Below are positions 13,261 through 26,406 of a stretch of DNA of 64,000 nucleotides, in pieces. The translations under genes and the position numbers were made by a program. Source of the stretch: the human T2T-CHM13v2.0 reference genome, Homo sapiens; assembly GCF_009914755.1 (NCBI RefSeq), contig NC_060929.1, one strand, 5' to 3'. Every line of letters starts with the position of its first letter. The stretch's first letter is position 1. The notes under the pieces were generated by a model that made no database searches, had not been told where the DNA came from, and saw only the letters and a program-made list of their open reading frames with translations.

Positions 13261-13705
13261 TATTCTGGGGTAAGCAGGTATATGCCAATCTAAAACCCCC
13301 AAATCTATATCAAAGTCCAAGGGAGCTGAGAGACAAAAGAAAGAGGTTGACAAATCCAGTTTCTCAGAAAGAAAATAGTTAATAGGGACTTACAAACAGA
13401 ATCAATATCTTAAGCTGCTGCAAGACAGTCGATCCCCACAACCATCTTCTAGAAAGCATTCTTTAAATAGCAAGTGTTTAAGTTAAAATACGTGTATCTG
13501 ATCATGTCTCAGACTTCTTGCCGAAACTGGTGACCACTGTGGATGTTAGAGAAGTATCTTTATGAGGGGTTACTTATGATACAGGACTTGTTTTAAGACC
13601 TTGCTGCAGGAATGCCTTGGTGTGCAGGAACCAAACATCAATCATCGTGCCAGTTTTGCTTCAAAAGGGCATCACTCTTGCCATGCAACAGGCTATTTTC
13701 ATACA
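13261..13705 (-). repeat. 3' LTR (LTR47A-like)
   Basis: Reverse strand reads tgtatgaaaatagcctgttgcatggcaagagtgatgccc...gagaaactggatttgtcaacctc...acctgcttaccccagaata. It is preceded by a degenerate PPT (gaggcgtggaa) and is homologous to 19983-20400. Confidence 0.88.
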
Positions 13706-13759
13706 TTCCACGCCTCAAAACTGGCCCTTACATTCTCATGCTCCCGCCTCTTTCATGAT

Positions 13760-15139
13760 AGTACCTGGGCCTAGAGGGAGAGTTCTTGATATCGTACAGC
13801 TTTAGCAACAACCTATTGGCTCCATTGGAAACAAATGCTGCAGCAATGCTAAAGACAAAAACAGGACAGTAAACAACATATGAGTGTAATACCTAATAGG
13901 AGAAGCAGCTTCTGGCAACAGGTGCCCCAGGACCCAAACCAGCTATGAAGCTATTCATTCAAAGTGGGCATTCAATCTGAAAGACTGGATTTTGGGGTTT
14001 TCATATCAGTCACTGTCAGTCTGATTTATCAGGAATACAAACACAACATTCAATTTTTATGATCACACAAGTCCCCCATTGGGCATTAATGGGTATGTCT
14101 GAAGATATGCAATTTTGGAGGACAGGCTTTCTCACGAGAGTAACTTCCATGTTTAAAAAAGATGTTCCCATGTGGCTATCATTCAAGGCTTTATTTGTAT
14201 AAACTGTTAGAGCTTCCACATGCCAAATAACATATTTGATGCCCAACTGAAAAATAAAAATAGAGGCCATACGATTACACCAATGGAAAACAGATTAGGC
14301 CCAGTGGGACTTCAAATGAAAGAGATTTTTAGGCTTTGTAAGAATAGCAACTATTTGGCCTTATGCCCATGTATAAACAAAGAATATCTTCCTGACCATC
14401 CAGGGAGTAACCAAGGCCATAACTTGGTGCCACATATCCAAGAAGTTTTGTTTGAGGCCAACCAATATGTTTCTGGATGCATTGCTCATTCTGTACCATG
14501 CCAGTCAGTACTTGGTAATATTTTCCCATATAAACATCAGTCTCTTGATATCCATTTCATATTCCTTGTGCTATTTGGCCAAGTATATTTAGAATGATTC
14601 TTTTGTTCCCAACATGGTGGTGGGTGGGGGGACAACTTTACTAAGCTGGCCAAAAGACGGAGTTAGCCAAATAAACCCATCCTATAATTGGGTCCTGACA
14701 TCACAGTAATGGGTCGTTTTGTCCTTTCAATTGGGTTGTTGCCAGTTGGAGAGCAAGTTAAATAGTTTCATTGAAAGAAAAATGCTTCCCATGTCCCTTT
14801 TCAGAAAGGGTATTATTAATGGGCCATTGAGCTATTTTATCTCTGGTCATATTTGTAATACCATCACGTAATTTTGAGAAGCAGTGACATATTCCTGATA
14901 TTCTATCCAACCTCATCCTTGGAAGGGAGATATCCACCACAGCAAGCTAGAAACACCAGTGAATGGCATGAGGCCACATATCTGACAGATGATTGACAAG
15001 ACTAGCCATCAGCATAGTCTTGGACCCATTATAGGAAAAGGTTTGCTTCATAGGTGTTGGCTGATGATAATAGCCACAGAAAATAACTAAGGACAAAAAG
15101 CAAGAAACTTAAGTATTTCCAAGGGAAGATCTCCTCCAT
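13760..15139 (-). pseudogene. env: Decayed retroviral env (gamma-type SU-TM)
   Basis: Candidate ATG at 15139 followed by a hydrophobic leader. CQICGLMP...WWISP at 14987-14930. WICGTKLWPWLLPGWSG at about 14440-14390. ISD-like VLQN..SDI then CVIIKIECC at 14069-14043. Anchor KLLLLLGITLICCLLSCFC at about 13915-13855. Contains stops and frameshifts. Confidence 0.9.
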
Positions 15140-15149
15140 CTGTTAGGAA

Positions 15150-18100
15150 TATACTAGTTGTTTATTAAGGGTAGTTATCAAAGAAGTAGCTCTTGGCTTT
15201 TGCAACATACCATATATGTTGCCCAGGGGATGACCTGTCAGCAGTGGTTGTCAAAGTAATTTGGTCAAGAGTACACCATATTAGAGAACCCACCACCATG
15301 CCACAGGGTATATATATTTCTGCTGACCATTTAAAGTGGATGATCGTGGGTCTATTATTCAGTAGGCTCAATAAGGTCTATTATCCATAGGCTCAATAGC
15401 TCCTACTATCCAGCATGTTCTCCACTCTCTGGAAGGAAATAGCCTATACAGCCTGGGGGTATTTGTCATCCCAAGCCCCAGAGGAGTGTCCCCTTCCCTG
15501 GTAGTATGTTCACTGGTGTCTTCATGTGCAAAACATGTTGGTTGTCAACCAGGTCTGGGGGAAGAACAGTTGCCTCAGTCACCCGTAGAGAACAGTGATA
15601 GGCTGGGGGGCGGGGGAAGCAGTTGTCCCAACAGGTCATATGGGGCAGGTGCCCCCTCCTTTGGCTAAATTTTAAAAGTAAAGGCTGCGGATAACATATA
15701 CATCTACCTGGGCAGGAAGGTTTCCCCAGTAAGGTCCACATTTGTGCTTTCAACAGACCATTTTTCCTTCAATTACCCCTGCTGCTTAGGGGTTATGTGG
15801 TAAATGAAAGTGCCATGCTATACTGTGTTCCCTTGCCCAGTCATGCATATCACATCTAGCAAAAGGGGTCCCTTGGTCACTGTCAGTGTGCTGGGGATAT
15901 CAATACATAGTACTGAAAGCCTCTAAACCTTTAGTAGTACTGGCTTGATTAGCTTACAAGAAAAACCTTGTAGCACTCCCAATAGCAGTGTTTGCACAGT
16001 TTAACACATATTTCTTTCCTTGGAGGTCCTATGTAATCTACTTTCCAATTGGTTACAGGGTGGATAGCCCTACAAATGTTTCCTGCTTGTTATGGTATAT
16101 GCCATGGATACAATCAAGAACATGGTAAACAGTTTGTAACAGCTGCTAGGGGGTCACTATATTTTAAGGCCACTCCTGCCCCTCCTTGGCTATCTCTCAG
16201 CCTACTCTTGCATTTCTATGATCACTTTTGTTATGTACCCAGGTCACTACATTAGCAGCCTGAGTCAGCATAATGCTTCTGATTTTTGTTAGAATGTCAG
16301 CTTCATATCTCTTGGATTTGAGTCTTTTTTTTTTTTTTCCTGCAGCCAAATGAAATACAATTAAATCAACTGCAGGTGTTGCAGCTTCTCCCATATATCT
16401 TGCCACATGTTCATGCTCCATCCAGGCTTGCGCATAATCATCCCATCCACTTTTCTTGTTACATTTGGGCTAACTACATAGTTAGAACTTTGAATATAGC
16501 TAAGCTACCAGTGCAAAGAACCAGGTGCCAGGGCTCATGTGTGATTACTAACCAAGCAGCTCTCAACTCTGCCCACTGACTACTCTGATGCGTATCTGTA
16601 TCAAGCCAGATTTTATCAGTTTGTGGTTGTATAGCAATAGCAGTCCAAGTAACGTGGCTTCCTCTACTGGAGCCATCCATATACCAAGCATTGTCCAGAT
16701 GGGTAACAATTTTTTCTTACTATATCAGGCATTAGAGTAGGAGGAGCTAAAGGGGAGTCCTTTGTTTGCTCAAATGTAACAGGGCCTAATGCAGAATGAG
16801 AGTCTGAGCTTAAGGAACTCGTTGCCAAAACTCTTCACTGTTGCAAATAGGCATGCCATTTATTCAAGATTGGTGTTTGGGCTACAGTGGAGGTTAATTG
16901 TTTAAACAGTCCTTCTGTCTATCCCTTGATTGGTAGACCTGTTCTCACAATCACAGGAAATGTCTTTGTCAATGGCTCCACTTGCTGTAAAGCACTATAT
17001 ACTACTGGCACTTAATGTTCAATGGGAGAGCATTTGGTTTTGGCTCCTTTCCATAATTGTGACCAAAATCCTAAAGGAACTGACCTACCATTCTGTGGTT
17101 ACCATAGGCCCAGCTCACACCTCAGGAGTAGCAGTCACATCCAAAGTCCTAGCTATTCCCTCTAAAGTGGCACCTAAGGCTTATGCCTGCCATACTAGCA
17201 CTTTAGCTTGTTCAAAGCTTCTTGCTGAGGTGTGCCACAAGCTCAATATTTCCCTTTTATCATAAGTCTATATAATGGTCTCAAACACTAGGCTAAATGT
17301 GAGATGAATGCTTTCCAATAACCCAAAAATGCCACAAATATTTGGATTTCTTTTACTGCTTTTAGAGTTGGAAATTGCTGGACTTTGTCAATTAATATAC
17401 CTCATGTAAAATGAGTCTTACCCAACCACGCAACCCCTAAAAATTTCAGTCTGGGCCCTGGATCTTCCAAGGGTTGATTGGTTACCCTTGTTCCTACAAA
17501 AGAGTACACAATGCTGTAAGATTTTCCTGTAACACATTAAAATTTTCTAAGGTTAACATAATGTCATCAATATAATGAAACTAAGAAAGAGAAGACAGGA
17601 ATGAGAACAAAGAAAATTATCTAGCCATCATTCCATGATAAATAGTAGGCCTGTGAAGATATCCCTGGGAAAACACTTGAAAGCTCTACTGCAGACCTTA
17701 CCAGGTAAAAGCAAATTAATCTTGTGATTGTTCAGAGAAAGAAATGCTGAAAAATGCATTAGCCAAATCTAAGAGAGCATAAAGTCTCCAGCACAGACAC
17801 TGTGTGTTTGACTAACTAAGTAATATTACGAACTACAGCACATATGGCCAGGGTTACCTTATTCAGTTCCATTAATTCACAGTCATCTACCAGGTACTTT
17901 CTGGTTTGCACCTGGTTTGGGTACAGGCCAGACGAGGCTGTTAAACAGGCTTTGAGCTGCAAGGATAATATGCACCTTTACTAATTCCTCAATAGTTGCA
18001 CTTATTTCAGCATGCCCCACCTCCCCCCCAACACACACCCAGTCAATTTGCGTTGTTTGACATTGACAACCTGCCTAGGGACAGGGAGTTGTACAGGTAA

Positions 18101-18507
18101 CCATTTTGCCTCTCCACTGAGAGTAGCCTTTACTACATGCACCTTCAATCTGAATTAACCCACTGAAGTTTGCAAAGTCTTTCATAATAGAATATCCATG
18201 ACTATAGTGTTTTCTGGAATAGAGGAAATAAACACCATATATAGGGCAAGAGAAGCCTTTTCAATAACTAAATGTATTAAAGTTCTTTTTACTTAGATCA
18301 TTTCCCCTCACCCCCATAACCATCAATGGTAGACCACTGACTAGGGTGTCCTTGTGGATTTCCATGTATTAAAGTACATTCTGCCCCAGTATCTACTAAG
18401 GCAATAGTCTTCTCTGTATGTAGGGGTACAAGTAAATGGTGAGCTCAGTATGGGGCTTCTGATTGCCCCTCTGTTGCTGGCATGTGGGTTTGACCTTGGC
18501 CTCACTC
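15150..18507 (-). pseudogene. pol: Decayed pro-pol (protease, RT, RNase H, integrase)
   Basis: ALVDTGAECTLI (DTGA 18393-18382); LDLANAFFSI at about 17770-17745; FHYIDDIML (YIDD 17574-17563); RNase H DGSSRG...SSQWAELRAAW (ORF 16474..16680); integrase PQHTDSDQGTPF at 15896-15861 and WHFHLPHNP downstream. Confidence 0.93.
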
Positions 18508-19950
18508 CTAATCGCTGGGCCAGATGGGGGCCACCCCTGAAAGGCCAGGGCCTTAGAACTAGGAGTGGAGTTGTCTTTCCCTTCTACCAGAAGGGCAAAA
18601 GGGAAAGAACAAAACTACTGTTCATGCTGTAGTTCCCTCCATAAAGCTGCTAATATAACATTAGATTGTCTATTTCTCCTCAGAGTGTTGTTCCTGCTTC
18701 CAATAAATCATACTACATTTGCTTACATGAGACCTTTATTGGTGCCTTTCCCCTTTTTTCTCCTTCTTTCTGTGGAGTTTTCTTCTTACCATACGTTAGC
18801 CTTTGTCAGATTACTAGGAATACTCTGTCTCTGACTTTCTTGGTTTCTCCCAAATCTATGATGGCTTCTCCCACATCATTTACATCTTGCTCCACTATAA
18901 GATTCAACAAAGACAGCAAATGGCCATGCCATTCTCTTGGTGCACCCTGTAGCAATTAGTTTTTAATACTGGCAGTAACAACTTCCTTATCAGATCCTGC
19001 AAAAACCTGAGCATAGATGGCTTGTCTCATTCTTAATCCTTTGAGAGGCCCCTGGGCCTTTTTGATTAACTGCCAAGAGGTTGTCCCTCCTGGTAAACCT
19101 CCTTCATTAGGCAAGCCTCTCTCACAGCTACAATGATCCAGTCCATAAGTTTATAATTCCCTTGCATTATGAAGGTGTTGCCACAGAGCTGAGCAGGTGG
19201 TGATTTTACTCATTATTTTTCTGCTTAATTCTTGGCTAAGGAAACATCATCACCTCCTGTGTCCCACAGTCAGACCATCCAAGCTGTCAGGGGTTCCCTG
19301 AGTAGTTGTTTAAAGGTCTTTTCATTCTCCAAGAGAGTCTCCTATATCACTTGTTCCCCTTTTGCTGCAGTTGTTGAGCTTTTGCTTTCCTCTGCATTAG
19401 AGAGTGAGGTTGCCAATGATTCTTGTCCCCCTTCTATGTCATCAGTCTTCCTCTCCAAAACATTCTCAGGGATTCCAAGTTTTCATGTTTCAATCTGGCT
19501 CAGGTATGATAGCTCTGAATTTTGGTCATTTCCATTTATTTTCTCCTAGGTGGGCAAATCTACATGCTAACATTTCAATTTTTGTCTCCTGGTCTTCAAT
19601 TTTGTCCACTAAGTTGGATGCAAGGAGAGAAGTGGAAATGCACATGCCTTTCTAGCGGCAATTCTTCCTTTAGCTGTTTAATTTTTGTTTCTGCTACTAG
19701 GTAGGCCTCTGTTACCAAATGAATGGCCTACAGAAGTGGCCAACCCACTGCAGTGGCTACCAGCCACCCTTCCTTACTGCAGTGTGATATGTAGCTTTGA
19801 AGTAATAACTGCTCTTCGCCAACCAGCATTTTCAGGGTACTAATGTGGAGGTCCCCAAGTGTCTAACAGACATGCCACACCACCCCACAGAGACATGGCT
19901 AGCCATACTGATATTTTCCCTACAGATTCTTTAGTCAATTTACTTATTTC
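18508..19950 (-). pseudogene. gag: Decayed gag
   Basis: Lies between the PBS and protease, is purine-rich on the minus strand, and ends at a TAG (18510-18508). Motif-level evidence is weaker than for pol and env. Confidence 0.7.
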
Positions 19951-19962
19951 TTGGTTTCTCAG

Positions 19963-19980
19963 TTCCTGGCTAGCTTGCAA
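19963..19980 (-). promoter_or_regulatory. Primer binding site, tRNA-Arg(ACG)-like
   Basis: Plus strand ttcctggctagcttgcaa matches 14/18 nt of the recalled tRNA-Arg(ACG) 3' end ctcctggctggctcgcca, about 2 nt from the 5' LTR. Confidence 0.72.
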
Positions 19981-19982
19981 AG

Positions 19983-20748
<766 letters not shown>

Positions 20749-20994
20749 GTATTAATTTTCACTTACCCAGGTCTTCTTTTACGTTTTTCTCTTTCTAATA
20801 TTCAATGGAAATGTGTTCAGTGTTATGCAATTAGTTGTGATGTTTTCCACAGACTTCGAGAGTATCTCTTTCAGATAAAATTCTTCAGAAGTTAATGAAA
20901 TTTTTTCTATATTTAGTTAGTAGGAGTCAGTGAAACCATAGATATTACTTACATTTTGTTTTGTTTTAAATAGAATAAAGGAGCTGAAGTCATG

Positions 20995-21122
20995 TCATTT
21001 ATTTATTAACTGTTTTTCCCACCAGACTATAAGCTCCATAAGAAGAATAATACTCTGTAATTTTTTTTGCAATTCAGCACCAAGGACAGAGCCTCTCACT
21101 ACCTGATGAAAAATGAATGAAA
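20995..21122 (+). mobile_element. L2 3' end fragment
   Basis: ttcccaccagactataagctccat...cagcacc...aatgaatgaa. Confidence 0.6.
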
Positions 21123-21507
21123 CATTTAGGGATTTACCCAATGCTTCATAAGCCAGAATATGATTTTCTGTTTCAGTGGAAAATCTTGGATCTTTTCCAC
21201 CAATGATGTCCACTGAGTTTTAATTCTGACACTTCCTCTCAGTGTCAAGGTGATTTGGAGTGAGTTATTAACCTTTTTGAGTCTCCTCAAGAAAAATTGT
21301 AGGGAATGATACATAAACCATCATTTTGTGTAATTCTCACAATGGCTTTATGTATCATCTCCACAGATCTGACTCCAAACAGGATATATTTAAGTCTTAA
21401 AATCTTGAGGAAACAAATCACAAAAAAATGTTTTAGAGGTTTGGCTCTTATTTCTGAGGGATGAGATTTATCAGAGCTCTCCAGGTCAACATTAAACTTA
21501 AGTTGGT

Positions 21508-21902
21508 ATGTAAGAGTTTGAAGCTTCTGAGAAGCAGATACTAAGAGGTGTGCATTAGGAGAAATGCCTGTGAAGGGGAAGCAAATAGGAGTAGCCATCA
21601 AGAGTGGGTTCAATGCAGGCTTAAGGAATAACAGCTGGAGGGATAGGGTCAGAAGAGCCCCAGATAGCAAAGCAGTTCTGAGGTAATCTTGATCAGGTCA
21701 ATGGGAGTCTCTAAGCAAAATCTGCCTGGTAAATAGTGTTAAGTAAGAATGGTCTGCAAGTACCCTCACTGGGAACAGCCCAGGGAACACTGGCTTCAGT
21801 GCAGTGGTGGATCTAGAGAGGAAGCAGCTGGGGCTGCCAATCTGCTCCTCAAAGTAGTTGTCTTGAAGGAGATTTGAGTAGCATATTTCCATGGCTGCCA
21901 CA
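21508..21902 (-). mobile_element. LTR33A-like solo LTR (ERVL)
   Basis: Reverse strand reads tgtggcagccatggaaatatgctactcaaatctcc...ccccagctgc...gatccaccactgc...tctgcttctcagaagc...ttaca. Confidence 0.78.
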
Positions 21903-22149
21903 ATATATATACACATAGTACTTGATGACTCAGAAAAAAAATTGCTCAATCAAGCAAATTTCCTTCCTCGCCATTACTTTGTCATCCTGAGGTACGTTCT
22001 GAAGAGAAACAACATCCATGGGAATATCTTATTTTATAGATAAGGTAGAAAAACCAGGAGAATAAAAATACCACTTCTACTTTTAGCTTGTTATCATCTT
22101 TCAGGAGGTAAGGAGAAATCACCCTGGCCTTCTCCCATCCCTCACATGA

Positions 22150-22660
22150 CCCTTTTGCTCCCTCCTCTAGTTCCTCTCCTTGCCCTGCAAATCCCAAGGG
22201 TCAGGTTCTGGCCTGCTGCTTTTCTCTTTCCCTGCCTCTCATGAATGAAGTCTCATTACATCCACAATTGTGCCATGCAATCCTTACATATTTCTTTTCT
22301 ACAGCTCCAGTCCTAAGTTACAAACCCAACTACCTCATGGAGACCCTGACTTAGATATTTCAATACAACTTTAACTGGCCATGTAAAAAAGTCTTAAAAA
22401 GCTCATTTTCCTCTTCCATTTGGCTCCTCCTTTGACTTCCTTATTGTTGCCAGTTATGTTTTTTTCCCAAAGAAGCCATGCTTGAAAGGTTTAAGTCCTC
22501 CCCTCCCTGCATTGAGGATTATAAGGGTTTGTCAATCCCTTTTCATAAAAAAGCCTTTAAACATTCCCTTCATTTCTGCTGACAGTACTGTAGTCAAAGT
22601 CCTTGTCATCTTAATATCAACGTTATTATAATAGAATCCTGTCATTAATCTCACTGCCTG
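22150..22660 (+). mobile_element. Degenerate L2 fragment
   Basis: cccaagggtcaggttctggcc...ctccagtcc...tggctcctcctttgacttcctta follows L2 ORF2 3' order. Confidence 0.5.
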
Positions 22661-24161
22661 AAATAAGAACAAATAAAAGTGTCATAGCATCAGCCAGGGT
22701 CAGTGTTCTAGACAGGGTTAAAAAAACAAATGGAAGGCCCAGAGTCTAGGCAACATTTAGGGACCTAGGAGCTACCTGTCAGGCAGAAGGGAATTCAGTT
22801 TTCATGTTTGTAATAACATCCTCCTAATAGTGATAGGGAAGGGGAGCAATGGAGAGAAGCAGCTTAAACCTTTTATGGGAAAGGAGTTTTGGCTTTTTTA
22901 ATCTGTGACAACTTTTATACAAAGTAGTTTTGTTATTATTATTTTGTGACCATGGCTTTAAAATATAGCATAGAATTTTAAAATTACCTCAGGGGGTTCA
23001 GCTTGAAATGAAGCCTAAATTTTTATGGATGAAATGTGGTCTCTTTCTTCCATTTAATGGAAACAAAACAAAAATCAAACCATGAATTCCAAGAGTTGAC
23101 AGAGAACTGTTAAAAATATTTGAACCCACCTTCTAGGTCACACACAGGTGAGAACACTGGAACCTTTCATGTTATTTGGGAACTTCATAAAGCAATGTTT
23201 CGCACTGCCAGCAGCCAGTATGCGCCAGCCAGGCTAGAATCACAGTCTTAGGGCTGCAGCCAAAAGTAACGGGTTCCAGAGTTAAATCAAAGGGAAACAA
23301 AGAGATCCCCTCCCAGTTATTTTCTTTTCCTGTCCTCTGAGACTGCCTTTGCTTCTCTGTTAGAAGCAAATATAAGCCAGGCACAATGCACACATGCCTT
23401 TCCACACAGCACAAGGAAGGAGATCAGAATGCCTCTGAGGGACAAATGTATAATCAGGAGAAGAGAATGTAAACCATCCATTTGGTATCTGCCTGCCATC
23501 TATATCACACATTCTCCTTTCCTGAGAACAATGTCTGCCTTCTTAGCGATTTGTTGTATAAACCATACCTTCCACCCAAACACTGTCATGTGGACCTTAT
23601 GCCAGAAAAATTGAGCAGTGGAAATGAATGCCTCCAAAAAGATTGCCTGTCTCGGTATTGACAATTTTCCCTTCATTCTTCCTTCTAAAATTGTGAATCA
23701 AAGTCAATACACATCAATTTTTGTTGAACATTTAGACGTTAGCTGTTCTAGAAATGCAAATAGTAAAGTGCAGACAAAACATAATGTCACCATACATTTT
23801 CATGTCTAACTGTACAAGGCTGCTTAATTCTAGCTCCCCCAGAGAAATGCAATGTATGCCTTTAATTTCTTTTTGTATTTTTTTTTTTTTTTTGTAATTT
23901 AGAAACACTTTAAAAAAAACACAGGACTGTGCTTTGGAAAGTTTTGCCTTAAGCCCTTTATTTACTATGACACTTTGCCTACTGCTGTGACCAGGATCAG
24001 AACATGTGTTCATTACAAAACTCACCTCTACCACAGAATTCCTAACCACCTTTAGCCATACTTATCACTCCTTTAAGTAATAATATCATGCATTCTTTTT
24101 TCTCATAAATTCAACCATATGTTTTCTGCTTTCTAAACCACGGCTTTTAAATAGTCATCTT

Positions 24162-24300
24162 GGCTGGGCATGGTGGCTCAAGCCTGTAATCTCAGCACTT
24201 TGGGAGGCCAAGGCAGGGGGATTGCTTGAGGTCAGGAGTTTGAAATCAACCCGGCCAATATAGTGAGACCCTGTCTCTACAAAAAGAAAATAAATAAATA
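24162..24300 (+). mobile_element. Free left Alu monomer (FLAM_C-like)
   Basis: ggctgggcatggtggctca...gattgcttgaggtcaggagttt...gtgagaccctgtctctac followed by an A-tail; one arm only. Confidence 0.9.
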
Positions 24301-24447
24301 GTAAAATAGATACCTCAGTGATTTTTGTTTTCACTTTTTTTGTGTGTGGGGTGAATATTTTGTGGTCTGTCCCTCTTTAAGTAAAGGTTTTTAGAAAGAT
24401 GTTTCCTTTCTTTTGAGTAACTTCTGATGTGGAGTAATGGGCCCCAT

Positions 24448-24645
24448 TTACAGTAAATATAATCTTCTGTCAGCACATTAGAGAAAACATGAACAAACTC
24501 TTTTTCTGATACAAAGCAAGTAAAAAATGCTTAATGATAATTACAGTGACATACTCTTAGTTACAATGAAAATAGATAAATCAACTCTATTTTCAGGTAG
24601 GTTTTCTATAAAATAAATAGCATTTTACTCAGGAATTCTTTTTAT
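24448..24645 (+). repeat. Copy 1 of a diverged ~200 bp direct duplication
   Basis: Colinear with 26407-26620. Confidence 0.9.
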
Positions 24646-26406
24646 TTTTCTTTTATTGTACAAGACAAAAGTTTTGACTAATAATTAAATTTTAAAATAT
24701 CTTAAGATGTTTTTGTCTTGTATCTGAAAGAACAGTAAAAACGAATTTTAAATGCAAATGTATATACAAAATTATGTATTTTAAATGAAAAATGATAAAT
24801 GGTCTGATTTTATTACCCTTGAAACCAAATGTATCACTTGAAAGCAGTTGAGAAATATTCGACCAAATTAAATGGGCTGCTATACTTTGAGCTGGTGTTA
24901 ATTTTACCTCATTTATATTAATGTAAAGTAAATTATCAAAGTAGAAGTGAAAGCGTAGCAGCATTTGTTAGTAAATTCCACTTAATTCTCTGGCAGTGTT
25001 ATAGACATATTATTAATTACACTGTGTGCTAGACGCAGCACTAAATCACTTATTGAAAAATCTTCTCCTTAATGTAGCCCTTAATTTTGACCACCATCAA
25101 AAGAATGCTTCATCTCAAAAAGCTATCAAAATATTGATCTGAAACTCTAAGTCTAATTGGCTATTTCACAATTATATTGTCAAGAAAAAAAATGGTTGGC
25201 AACGTTTGTCATTTCTGGACAATTATTCTCATAAGAACAAAGAATATAAAGCTGCAGATCAATTACCTGTTGGAGGTCCTGAGTTTTGAGTGATTACCTG
25301 TTTTATCAACAATTTATTTTCCTCTCAGTAACGGTGTAAAGTTAATTCTTATGCCATACACATGTGATTGTAATTGATACAGAACTTATGATGTTAATCA
25401 TAAATCAATTTTTATACTCACCCTCTAAAATACATAGTAAAGTAGAAAACATCATTTGTAATATATCTTCACTTATATTACAAGTGTAATATACATTGCC
25501 ATGTGTATTAAGTGTAGGCACACTGCCATGTTTTATTATCAAATTTGGTGTATTAAAATAAGCTGTGATTTGGGAAAGCCACTATGCTTTTGTTTTTTCT
25601 GTCATTCTATAAAGGCAGAAGTTTTGTTTTAAAATAAATTCATAGTTTTTTTGAAAGTTCAAATTAACTTAATTAAAATGAACACTTAATTATAAGTGTT
25701 CAGTTTCAAATAAATATTAAGACTTTTCCTTATATATAATTTTCTTATAAAGAAATAGAGATTACGTCTGAACAGAGTAGTACCTGAGATGAAAAAACCA
25801 AGCCAAAGTACTTATATGGCAAATTTATAAATTCAACCAATTTAGATTAGCTGATAAAGGCACAGGTAGGATAAGGTATATAGAGCACATAATTGAATTA
25901 TTGGAGCTAGGTGATCAATTTCTAGCCTTGGGCTAAGAGGGGTCTATCTTCAGCTGATGGGGAGAGATTTGTGAAGAGCATTTTGCTTTCTTTTCTCATG
26001 TGTATACTGGGATTTACTGCCCTTGGGGCACATCACTACTCCCCTTTCCCTCAGCGCATTAACATGTAAGTTTATCACCTCACAAATAACTTGCTTCTCT
26101 GAGTATATTGGGAGACAGAATAATGCAACCTTTTTCCACTGCCTGTGAATTTTCTAATTGGAGAAGTAATTTCCTGCTCCTGGTTCTTCACTTGTATAAC
26201 AAAAATCTGAGAGTAATGTTTATCTTGGGCATGTCCTCTTAACGAGTGCAAGGACAATCCCTTAGCCAAGATTTACTTGACTCAGAAAAGGTCTTGAGAC
26301 AATTGCTGATTCTCTGGTTTGCTGTTTGGGAGGATGTTACACATAGGTTTGGCTACCTAATACATATGGGAGAGAAATATATTCCTATTTGGTTTCAGAT
26401 ATATAG

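Noticed and set aside
15363-15412. Diverged 25-bp tandem repeat in the pol 3' end
   Set aside because: Two copies with no spacer; an ordinary slippage duplication, not a CRISPR-like array.
25679-25702. Hairpin tgaacactta-atta-taagtgttca
   Set aside because: A 10-bp AT-rich stem is plausible by chance in this window and too short for a pre-miRNA.
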